Assembly: GCA_945828345.1 (NCBI GenBank)
Contig: CALZRA010000001.1
Span: forward strand, 1 to 57,505
Reading direction: 5' to 3'
DNA: 57,505 nucleotides
Source of the DNA: an uncultured Bacteroidales bacterium
GTDB taxonomy: Bacteria; Bacteroidota; Bacteroidia; Bacteroidales; Bacteroidaceae
The notes under the pieces are model-generated. The model saw nothing but the letters and a program-made list of their open reading frames with translations, made no database searches and was not told the origin of the DNA. Positions 18,550 through 30,500 of this stretch are shown one piece after another. Numbering within the stretch: the stretch's first letter is position 1; each line of letters starts with the position of its first letter. The translations under genes were made by a program, and so were the position numbers.

Positions 18550-21500
18550 TTAAGGTGCCACCTGTACCTTCCGGCAGTAGCCCTCCACCTTGACCACATA
18601 GTTACCCGGCAGGAACGGCGCGGCATAGTGGTTGGTTCGGGCTTGGTCGCTCAGTAGGAGGCGGCCCGAAGCATCGTAGACGGCAATGCTCTCGCCGCCT
18701 GTCAGCCCTTCGATGCGGATGTAGCCTTGGCGGGCAGTTATCTGATAGAGGGCTTGTTCGCCGCTGTTACCGGGGTTTGGGGCGATTCCGCCGAACTTCA
18801 GGGTAAAGCGGATGTCGGTCGTTTCGTCTGCTTCGAGCGGCACCGTATAGGTGTTCTGCTTCAGGTCAGTCACGCGGCCCGTCAGTCGGTCGGTCAGCCA
18901 CACGTGGGTAAAGGTGGCATACGTATCGGGCGAGGGAAGGCTGAAGGTGCAGGACCCGCCGGCTCCACTGTACAGGCCCAAGGGTATCTCAGTGCCTACA
19001 GGTGCAGTTCCCATCCAGTCCAAGTGGGCCGTACCCGTGCTGGCGGCATAAAGTTGCGGCAGTTTGGGATTGAGCGGTGCCCAATGCAGGCCGTCGCTGC
19101 CAAGGTGGAAGCCCATGTCCTCGGTGGCTTCGGCACAGGGTTGCAGTGTCACCACATCGCTCTGGCCCGAGCCGTCGGTGAAGCTCAGACACGGACGGGG
19201 CACAGCTGCAACGGGGGTGCCCGTGTAGTGCGGCAGGATGAAAGTGAGCGTTTCGGTCGCCTGCAACGTAGCTGTCTGGGTGAAGAAGGCATGGGCCGGC
19301 GCGAAGGAACCTTCGGTGGGCTCCTTCCAGGAAGGCCATGAGGTGAATTGTCCGGCGGCATCGGTCGTGTAGACAAAGCGCGGCAGACTCATGGGGTAGG
19401 CTTCGGGGTCGAAATCGGTGGCTTCACCGTTGGCCCAGCTGACATAGTTGCTCACCAAGTAAGGACAGCCCACCAAGTTCCAACCCATGTTTTCGGGTGT
19501 CGTGTAGTCGGGCTTCGAGCCGTTGGTATTGCGGTTGTCGGCCTGCGTCAGACTGACTGTCTTTTGCTTTTCTGACGTGTCCCCATAGTAGCCTTCGCGG
19601 TATACCGGCGTGGTGCCCAGTGCGGTGACATCGGCGGCGGTGAAGCGGTAGGTGCCTGCGGTGGCGGGTTTGTACCACACACCCATGCAGGCTTCGCGTT
19701 CGCCGGCAGTCCACGGTTTCCAGCAGGGCGAATCTTGGGTCTGTGCCTCATAGCCGCCTTCAGCGCGTTGCGCGCCGTCATAATAGAAGACTTCGGTGCC
19801 GGCTCCGGGCACAGCCTGTTGTAATTGCCCGCCCGCTTCGTGATAGCTCACAAGGCGTGCCTGACTGTAGTCGAACGCATAGGGCAGGGCGACCAAAGCT
19901 CCCGCATCGGCGTTGCTGATGGTACGTTCCACACCCACATGGGGCAGGCTCACAGCTGTGCCTTCGCTGTAGAGCGATGCCCCTTCACGCAGCAGCAGGT
20001 AGCCCGGACGGAGCACCTCATTGCGTCCCGCCGCACCTGCTGATTCGGGATTGAAGTCATCGCGGCTCATCACGAGCGAGGCCCCAGCGTGCAGGTAGAC
20101 CACCGAACCCTCTTGCGGGTGCCGGCGGCCACCGCTCAGGCTGCCGGCGGTTCCCGTTCCGTCGTAGTGGTAAGTGGCCTGCGCCGCCGTGCCCTCAGGC
20201 ACATTCCAAGTTTCGTAACAACCTCGGTCAATCAGCGCATTGTACTGCGGCAAGCGCGGATTGCCCAGTAGGTCTCGGTCGGAGCTGTAGTCTATCAGTG
20301 TCTGACGCTCCGTTTCGGTCAGGCCCAATGCGCTTTGCAGGTTGCTGTAGAGTGCCTCGTGGGTAATGCCGGTGGCTGTGCAGTCCATCTGTTTGGACAT
20401 CTCTTCTAACTGATACCACAGGTCTTGGTTGCCCGTGTAGGCAGCAGGGCGTGCGGGATGATTGTCAGCCACGGGCTGTAGGTAGCGGGCAAAGGGATAT
20501 CCCTCCTCGTTCGTGTTGCAGTTTTGATAGGCTGAGGCGGTCGTTCCCAACCGTGCTACGGGTTCACTGCCTGTATGGTCAGGGTTCCAGGTGATGCTGT
20601 GGAACACTTGGGGAACACTGGCCTTCGTCTCTATGGCATAGCCGTTCTCGCCCTTGCCGAGGAAGGTGCAGTTCACGGCCCGTGCCTTCGTGCCGAGCCA
20701 GGTGGCGGCCACGCCCGGCTGTGAGGCTGGGCAGTCGCGCACCAGCACATTGTAGAGCAGGCCGCCCCGCAGGCGTACGGCAGCGGCGGCACCGTTCTCC
20801 GACACCGTATTTATATTATAGGTGTCATGGACCACACTGTTGCGCACTGCCACAGGCAATGCCTTGTCGGCATCGCCCAAGTCAATCACGGGGCGGGTCA
20901 CATTGGCGGCGGGGGTCACGTCGAAGCCGTCCATCAGGGCATAGACAGGGTAAGCACCCGTCGTTTGTATGCCGCTGATGCCCGTGCGTGAGTCATTGGG
21001 AGTGACGATGCCCGTGCGGTCGCCCAGCACATAAGTGATGTAGTCGTGCAGGTCCTCTTCGGCAAAGCCGCCGTCGGTGTCGTCTCCGTCATCGGTCTTT
21101 TCTTTGGTTGCTTCACGGGTATAGTTGCTGGCTATTCCGGCATACACGTTGACGCCGGCACGCGGTGTGAGCGTTTCGCCCGTCTTTTGCCCGCCCTTGC
21201 AGAACACGTAGGCGCGTTTCCCGTTGATGGTGTAGAACACGGCCGCCAGGTCAATGGCTGACTGCAGGTCGCCGTAGCCATAAGGGCTGCCCCAGGTCTC
21301 GCCTGTTCCGGTGGTCATCTTGTTGGGGTCGGTGTAGATGACACGTTGCAGTTCGCCTTGGAACTCGTAGGCTCCGCGGTCAATACCGACACTCTTGAAG
21401 CGCGGCATGTAGGCCAAGTCGGTCTCGGCCGACTTTTCTGCGTCGGTGAGTGCAGCCGCCTTGTCGAGTGCCTGCTTGGCATAAGTCAGGTCATCGCCTT

Positions 21501-24500
21501 GGTTGATGGTACGGGCCGAAGGGCGCAGGTGGAAGTCGCGCAGCAGCTTGTCGTCCTCACTCACAGCTTGGGGCAGGGGATTCATGAAGTTAGGTCCGCC
21601 CAGCACATCGCTGTTCGTGCCCGTCAGCGAATGGTTGGTGGTGTTGTAGCTGCCCTTTCCCACCTTGATGCTGATGACCCCGTTGTCGGGATTGACAGTG
21701 TCATCGCCCGTATAGACACTGCCATAGATGGCATTGTGGGCCAGATAGTCGGCCGTTACGGAGGGCAGTTCGTATTCGTACGCATCGGTTGGGTCATCGT
21801 CCTGGTTGGCAGCTCCGTTGCGCCACAACAGCGAGTTCATCAGCAGCGAATGCGTGCTGGTCGTGGCTGAGCGGTCGTTCAACAGTTTCACCTTGTCGCC
21901 ATTCAGCGCAAAGGTGCAGTTCACCACGCGGGTGTTATTGGCCGTGAGCGAGCGTCCCGCATTGCTGTGGAACAGCGTGTTGTAGATAATCGAGTAGCCG
22001 CCACCTTCACCGATGGTCACGGCCGGCACTGTACTGCCCGTACCGTTCAGCCGGCAAACCGAACGTCCGATCGTCAGCTTGGGTTTGCCCGCAGGTGCTA
22101 AGGCGAGCTTCTTTTCTCCGCCAGTCTCGGTGTCAATGATGTAGTTACCTTCCGTACCGAAGGGCTTTCCCGAGCTGTTCAGCTTGTATTGGTATTGCGG
22201 GGCGTAGTGTATGGCGGCTCCTTCGCCCATGTCCGAACCGCTCTCCGGCTGGTTGCCATAGGTGTTCTGGAAGGTCACACCGTCGATTTCGATGGGTATG
22301 ACGCGCTGCTTCTGTTCGCCTGTAGCGGGCACGGTAGTGGCTGCGCTACCCGTGTTGTACCAGTTGTGGGCATCCGAGATGCGCAGCAGGGTTGACATCT
22401 TTTCGCTGGCCACACCCGAGCGTCCAGCCATTTCCCATACGGTGGGATAGGCTTCCACGTCGCGCACGTCCTTTACATCTTTGCTCCATCCTCCTTGGAA
22501 GGTCAGCGAATGGATGCCAAAGTCGCCGTTGGCGGTTGTGCCTCTGTGTTCGGGCAGTGTGGCAGCCGTATTGAGCGACCCCGTATTGATGGTGAAGCTC
22601 ATGTAGCTGTCGATGGTGTAGATGGGCGAGTAGTTGCCCTCGATGATGTTGATCTGTTTGCGGTGGTTATTGCGGCTGGCCAGCAAGGTTTCGATAGCGC
22701 GCTGCAAGTCACTGGTTGGTTGCAGCCACGAGCTGCCGTTGGCCTCGCCGTTTTCAGGCTTCTCCTGCGTGCTCACCCACAGTATGTCAACCTCTTCGGC
22801 GGTGCTGGGTATGAGGGGCATGTGTTGGTATTCATACACGCCGAGGTCGATAAACGTCTGGTGCTGTGATGGGTTCGGGTCTTTCGATATACGGTAGAGA
22901 ATGGCATCGGTGCTGGCCGACTGCATGTAGCGTTCGTCGCCGATAGGCATCTTGATGTACAGGCCGCTGCCCCCCTGTTGGGTGCGTACCTTGCGGGTGT
23001 CGGCATAGATGCCGTGGGCATCGGCCGGGAAGTTGTCGCTGGGGTCGCTGTCCACGAACTCGCAGCTGTATGCCGTGCCGTTTTCGTCGGCCGTCACGCT
23101 TTGCCGGATGCGTGTCCAGCCGTTGTCGGTCAGGTTGTTCTGGCGCGATACCATCCAGTCGGCTGAGGGCAGGTAGTTGTTTACGCCTGCACCGAGTGAC
23201 GGGTTCACAAAGTTCGGGCCGTCGAGTGCGTTGTTGTCGGCAGCGAGGTAGATGTTGTTTGTAACCCATTTGTATTTGGCGTTCTCGCCGTTGTTGGTGG
23301 CCGTCTTCTGGACGATGTTTCCGTCCTCGTCGCGCTCATAGTAGGTCACGTTGGTGAATACGTCGACCGGGATGTACTTGTCGAGCGTGGGGTCTGCGGC
23401 ATCCACGTCGGTGTATTCAGCGGTGCGGTAGTCAATGACATTGCGGTCGTCGAAGTGGGGCACACAGCCCAGGCCGTCCTCGTAGGCGCAGAACCACAGC
23501 ATCTCGCCGATTTGCGGATTCCCATCGTCATCCGTGCGTGAGTCGGTAAATTCGAGCCGTTCGGCCACGAAAGCCTGGTTGATGCGGTTCCAGTAGTTGC
23601 AGGCCAGACTCATCTGTTTCTGTTCGCCGTTCACGGTGATGTCGTCGCCGGTGCGCACCACATTCTGCCAGAATATGGAGTTGATGACCTTGTGCGGGTT
23701 CTCCTTCCTGAGCAGTCCGCCCCGGTTGGGGTAGAGCACGTAGAGGGCGGGATAGCTCAGGGCCTGGTTGCGCACGAAGTTGCAGTTCATCAGCTGCATG
23801 CTGCCATACTGCCCGTTGGCGGCATGGAAGACAGCTCCACCGCGCGAACCGACCTCGTCCAATAGGCTCAGGTCGCCGGTCTCTTCGGCCACGCCGGCCT
23901 CGTTGTTGGCAAAGATGGTGTTGACAGCCGACAGCACGTAGGAGCTGAACACGGCTCCTCCGTTTCCGTTCGAGCGTTGAGCCGCAGCGGGAGCATTCGT
24001 TTCGGCACGCCGCTTGGCCGCATTCTGGGCGAAGTTACACGAATAGAGTTCGACCACGCCATTGCTGAAGATGGCCCCGCCGGCTCCTGCGCGGTTGTTG
24101 GTGAACTCGCAGTTGCGCACAGTGAGCGGAATGCTGCGACGGCCCACCGAGCGCGGGTCGGCGGCGCGGGTGTAGTTCTCATCGCTTTCAGGCAGTTCGC
24201 CTTCGTCCGTTCGGGTTGCCTTAAACCAGTTGCCGTCCACCAGTACGCCGCCGCCCCGGTAGTAGGTGTAGGCATTGGTGACTGATGATTTGTCGTAACC
24301 CATTGCCTTGCCGTCCATGATCTGCAAACCATCGAGCACGATAGGCACACCTGTATATTCTCGCTCTGTGTCAGCGATAATCAGTGAGGAGGTCTCGCTG
24401 GTGCCCTCGGGCAAGGTGCCCACATAGTCCTCGTCGGCTATGCAGGTAATCACGTGGTACACGTTGTCGGCCGATTCTGAGTTCACGCTCTTGCCCGACA

Positions 24501-27500
24501 GGATGGTCTGGTTCTTCATTTCCCACGGCTCTCTGATGGAGTTGTGGTTCAGGTCCTCCAGCTCGCGCCCGTCCAGAATCTTCCGGGTGTTGGTGGCTTT
24601 CAGCTTGATGGTCTTGCCGCTGCTCGTGATGGTTACATCGTTGGCATCGGTCACCCCGTCGGCCTGGTAGGAGTGTTGGGTATAGAAGGCGCCGTCTTCT
24701 CCTTCGGCCTTCTTGTGGCTCACACCTCCATAGATGCTCACGCCTTCAGGCACGAGGAAGGTGTTGCCACGCGAATAGTCGTACTGTCCCGATACTGTAC
24801 GGTAAGGATAGTAGGTGCCTTGGCTCACGAAGACCTCGAACTTCAGGTTCTTCACCTTGCAGGTGCCGTCGCTCTCCTTCTTGCCGATGGCTCCGGGGTC
24901 GTCTACTGTGACGGTCTCTTCGCCATACAGCTTGCGGGCGTTCTGTATGTAGAGCAGGGCATCATCGAGCTTCTGCAGGGGGAAGGCAAACGAGCTTCCT
25001 TCCACATAGTCCTGCTCGGCCATGATGTTGTAGATGTCCTCGTCCACGTTTTCGGGCTTCACCACAAACAGGCGGGTGATGAGCTTGGTCTTTTCGGGTG
25101 TTATCATCAGCGGGCCGTTGAAGGCGCGTGCGCCGATTTCAATAAAGTCCTTGTCCGTGGCAGTGATGTCGTTGCCCTCCCCATCCAGGTTGTAGGTCGT
25201 GCGCGGGTTGCCTGCCAGGTCGTGGGTTTCCAACGTAGGATAGTAGAAGTACTTTTCCGCTGCGACCGTCTTGTCTACGGTGCGCAGTTCGTTGTAGGTC
25301 TTGGCATCCATGCCCGCACGGGCCAATACCGAGTGGCGGTGCAGGTAGTAATAGGGGTCGTTTGTCAGGTCGAAGCGCACGCCCTTGCTGTCTTCGGTGT
25401 GTACTGAAATGTTGTTCATGCCCGGCGCGCGCAGGTTCTCGATGGCACTGTAGGTGAAGGGATAGTAGATTGAAGTCTTTGTTTCGGCCGAGGTGGAGTA
25501 GGGGTCTGTCTGTCCGCACACATTGGCCGAGTTGTTGCCTGTGTTCTGCCACACCACGCTGCTGTTTACACGCAGGTTGTTGTTGAACCACAGTCCGCCG
25601 CCAGCATCATGGGCCTGGTTCTTCACAATGGTGCAGGAGTACAGGTGGGCAAAGCGTACAATGTTCTCCCACTCCGTAGGTTTGAAGCCGGCATCGCTGT
25701 TCTGCTTCACATAGACAGCACCGCCCCATTCTGCCGTATTGTCCTCCATTACGCAGCCGCTCACCAAAGCTCCTTCTTCCAGGAAGAGAGCACCGCCGCC
25801 ATAGGCAGCCTGATTGTTCTTCAGGATGCAGTTGCGCACGTGGGCAAAGTTCGTCACGATGGCCGCTCCGCCGTAACGATGTGTGTTCTGTTCGCGGTAT
25901 TTCTCGCCAGTCACCACAATCTCGCCCGAGGCGTCACCGTCTTCAATGAAGAGTCCGTCCAGTATGGCTCGTGCCTGAACGTTTAATTTCTCTGAGGCGG
26001 TCGATGAGGCTGGGTCGAGGGTCGGGTCCGTTACACTGTTCCAGGAGGTCGTAGTGTGTCCCGTGCCAATTTTCTCTCCGTTCTCGTCAAACAGGTCATT
26101 GGTGAAGGTCACCACGTGATAGCAGTTCACATTCTGTCCGTCGGCGGTATAGGCGCCCGTCAGCTTGGTTTGGTTCGCAATCACATCACGTGTGGTGAAG
26201 TCCTCGGTATATCCGCCCCACACCTCTACGCCACGGGGCACCATGAGCGTATAAGTGCGCGGGTTCTCCAACTCCAGGTCATGCAGGTCGGTAATCGAGG
26301 AACGGCTGGGCGCATAGCCGCCCCCAGCTACACGTGCCAGTTTGACTATCACCTGCGTGTTGGGGTGGTCAAACTTATAGCGTCCGGCAGCATCCAGCAC
26401 CTTCTGGAGCTTTTGCATACAGGCGGCGTTGGCGGCGTTGGCAGCTGATGCCGTGCCATGTCCCGGTCCTGTTACGAAGAATGAAGCCGTAGGTGTTACG
26501 TCGTCATCGGCTGTACCTGTAGTGGGACTGATGCTGTAAGCTCCGTTGAACTCATAGGCTCCAATGTCTACCGTACAGTCTTGGATGCGGGTGTCGTAGG
26601 CAGCGTCGTATGCAGGCAGGGTTACAGGATCACCGTTCGTGTCATTACCCAATTCTTCTGTCCCCTTGTTGATGGCGGGAGAGGTTGAATGCGGTATGTA
26701 GTTGTCGTTGGCGGCATCGGCAAACAAGGTGCTGCCGGAGAAATCGTCAAAGTGATAGATGTTATTGATGTGGGGGAAGGACGTGAAATCCTTGTGCATC
26801 GTACTATTTTTGAACAGGCAGTTCGTTAGGTAGATAGAGCTGCTGCCTGTTTCAAAGTCAAACTCATTGGTGCCGGCAGTGACCGTGTTGTCGCAGATAA
26901 TGGAATTGTAAATTTCCAGATAGCCGCTATATCCAAACTGGGCAAAGTAATTACCCGAGTACATGGCGTATGAACCTTCGTTCTTCGTAATGGTGTTGTT
27001 GTAGAACTTAGCCACCTCGAAGAATACAGCTGTGCCATAATGTTTTACATCGTCTGCATGTTCCAAACTGTTATGGTGGAAGATACTATTGAACACGGTG
27101 CCGCTTCGCAGGTACAAACCACCTCCATATACGGAATAGCCGTTTGTACCTATGATTTTATTGCCTGCAAATACGCAGTTTTCAAAGATACCGTCATTCT
27201 GGAAAGCACCTCCTCCACGCGTATTCCAATACGCTGTATTGTAATTGTTGCGGATAACGCAGTTCTTGATATGTCCGTTATAACGCAGAGCAACCCCAGC
27301 TCCACCGTCTCGTTGGTGCTGAATCCTTGTGCGGCCGTTCTGGATGACCAAACCGTCCCACGAAGTATCGTAGGCAAAGCCATGCTCAATCTCATTCTTC
27401 AGCTCCATGTGGGAAATATGACCGCTTCCTACATCACTATAATATTTATAGTATGGAAAAGGTTGGGTTAGCACACGGTTTCCCTTATAGGCATAGGCGT

Positions 27501-30500
27501 AGAAATTCAAGTCATGCGTGGCACCTGTATACCCTGCGCTTTCATTATAGTGATCGTTGACACCTATTTCATAAATGTCGACAAAGTCACTTCCAACAGG
27601 ACTGCTGAACACCATCTTCAGGTAGCGGGCAGTGGTGGTAGAGAACGAGAAGGTCTGTTCTGGCGCATAGGCGGGGTAACTACCCGTATAGACTTTGGTC
27701 AGGTTGTCAACGGAAGTTCCCAGCCAAACCTCTACGTTATTGAATCCATAGTTGCGTGGCTTGAAAATTACGTTGTACAGTTCCATTTCCTCTCCGAGGT
27801 CAATGGTGACAAAGTGTGGACTTGTTGTTTGTGTTCCGTGACCACTCCGCCAAGTTGTATGCCAGATAGTTGAATGGTTATTGTCAATAACATGGGCAAC
27901 CTCACCGGCATCTCCAGTAATCTCATCAGAGGAAAAATCAACGATAGACCAGGTGGATCCTGTTGCGCTTGGGAAACTGGCGTCGTTTGCAGCAACATCG
28001 GCAAGATACGTTCCCCAATTGTCGAAGGCAGGGTCGTTTACTTCTTCTGTGGTGTTTGTTTCAATAATTGTTTCATACGTTCTGGGCTGACGGTCACCTT
28101 GTCCTGGATTCCCTTCGGCAGGGAATCCACCATACACATCAACACCATCGCGCATAAAGAAGCCTTCGCGACGCAGGTATTCGCCTTTGGCTACCCATAC
28201 CTGTACACGCTGCTGGCTGCCTTCTATGGATGATACTTTGAGTGAACGTTCTATCCAATTGCTACCCGGTGGCAAGGCTTTGTAAACGCTCTTGGTCGTA
28301 TAGGCTATATTATTGCTTCCATCCTTCTTCAGCGACCGATAGTAAGCCTCGTCCACAGCCCACTGCAAGCCGGTGAGGGCTGCATCTTCAGCATAAAGCT
28401 CGGCATCATAGCCTTGGAAGCCATGGTCGTTGGTGTAGAGGGTGCAATTGCCATTGATGGCTTTGGACCATGAAGAGCCGTCACCGCCCTTGTCGGTAGT
28501 GTTGCCATAGTCGCGCACATAGATAATGCGGCCTTGCTGAGGCTGGTAACCTTCGCTTTCCGTGTCGTTGTTCTCTACAGCCCCAATATCGGCGGCACCA
28601 CCATAGGTACGGGTGATGTTCGTGCTGATGTCCGTGCCCGACATGCTGGCATCGGTGGCCGCATTGACCATGGGGTTCATGTTTCGGGGCATGAAGTTGA
28701 CTGTGCCGCCATAGTTGGTGAGGTCACCTTCTTCGGTAGCACCGATGTTCTTGGTGGGATTGACAAACACGGGGTAGGTGTAGATTTCTTTCGTGATGCC
28801 CTCTGCCGTGGTCTCGCTGCGCAGATAGGTCAGCTTGTTCTCCGTGTTGGTCAGTCCTGCAGGCACGGTAGCTGAGGCATCGAGCAGGTTGTTCGTGCCT
28901 GAAAGGGTCGCACCCGTTTCTAACAGGATAGGGGAAATAAAGGCTGTGTTGGCGTTGTCGGCCAGTTCCTCCGAGCGGGCAAAAGCCTGGGTGGCATTGG
29001 CCCATATCATGGAGTTGTCGAGCTGTACCGTTGCGCCCGTGCCCTTGAGATGCAGGCCGTAGCCCACATTCTTCAGGATGTTGCAGTGGTTGAACTTCAC
29101 CTGTACCGAACCGCCTGCCTCGCTCTCGATGTAGATGGCCGAGGGCGTGGCACCGGCTGTCTCAAAGGTCGAGGTGTTGTTGTGGATGATGCAGTTCTCA
29201 AACTCTACCTCAATCTCCACATCGCTGCGACTGCTTTGCACGAAGACTGCCGCGCCGCGTTCCGAAGTACAGTTGGCAACGATGCAGTTGCGCACTTTGT
29301 TGCCAATCATCGAACCGTAGCCGCCAATCTTGTCTTGTAGCAGCACGGCACCGCCATCACGCAGAATGGGGTTGAAGTATAGCTCCGAACCTGTGCCGAC
29401 AGTGTTGTTCAAGTCCTTGTTGGGCAGTGAGTAGGCGTAAGCCAAGCGGAATCCGTCGACAATCGCATGGTTCGCTCCGCCGAAACCGATTACGTGACAG
29501 GTGTTGAACTGGTAACCGTTGTCAATGATGTTGGCCGATATGGTCGTCAGGTTCTTCAGGGGGTCGCGGCCTGAGAGGTCGCGGTCGGTCGCGGCATCAG
29601 GATACCCGCCGAACAGGTGGACGTTGTCCTGCATTTGCAGGTAAGAGGTACGCATACGTGTCGAGTAGTACGTACCGGCGGTGGTACAGGTTCCTGCCTT
29701 CACCACGATTTGCAGGGTCGCCGTGGTGGGCATAGTGTCTGTGGTGGTCGAGCTGGCCGATGCGCCGTCGTAGTATTCTATCTCCTGACCCTTGTACGAG
29801 CTGAACCACAGCAGCGCGTCGTTGATGTTGCCGAGCGGGGCAGCCCAGCTGTGTCCCACGTGTGTCGCAGTCGAAAGGTCTATGATTTCGCGGTCGGGGT
29901 CGACAAAGAGGGTGTATGCCTTCTGTGCATTGTCCTCGATGGAAGGCAGCAGCACAGGGGCATACTTCGTGCGTTCCGACACATAGGCGCCGAGCGAGGT
30001 GCGTGGCGCGAAGCTCTTGCCGTCTATGTCGGTCGTGATGTGTGAGCGCAGGGCGCGTTCGTTAATGGCAAAGTCCACTACCTGTACGCCACGCTCACGC
30101 AGCGGCGAAAAGCCTGCGGGCTTCCAGCGGCTTTCGGGGGTGGCGGCCGTATCGGTCTCCACGCCGCAGGGAATGTCATCGACGGCCTTGTCGTCAGTGC
30201 CCGGCAGGAAGTCGGGGTATCGGCCTCCTGTACCCGAATTGACTGCTCCTACGGCCATCACTTCGAGCTTTGAGGTCGAGGTCCAGTCGGCCAAGTCGTG
30301 GTTCGACACGGCAGTGTAGTTCATGTAGGGCTTCAACACGTCGGTCGAGTTGGGCGTATAGGCGGCATACTGTACATCGTCGTTGGCATCCACCTGACCG
30401 CCCCACAGCACGGAGTTGACAATCATGGCTGCGTTGTCGACATAGACTCCGGCACTGCGGCCATAGCGTCGGCCCTGGATGATGATGTTGGGACCTGTAC

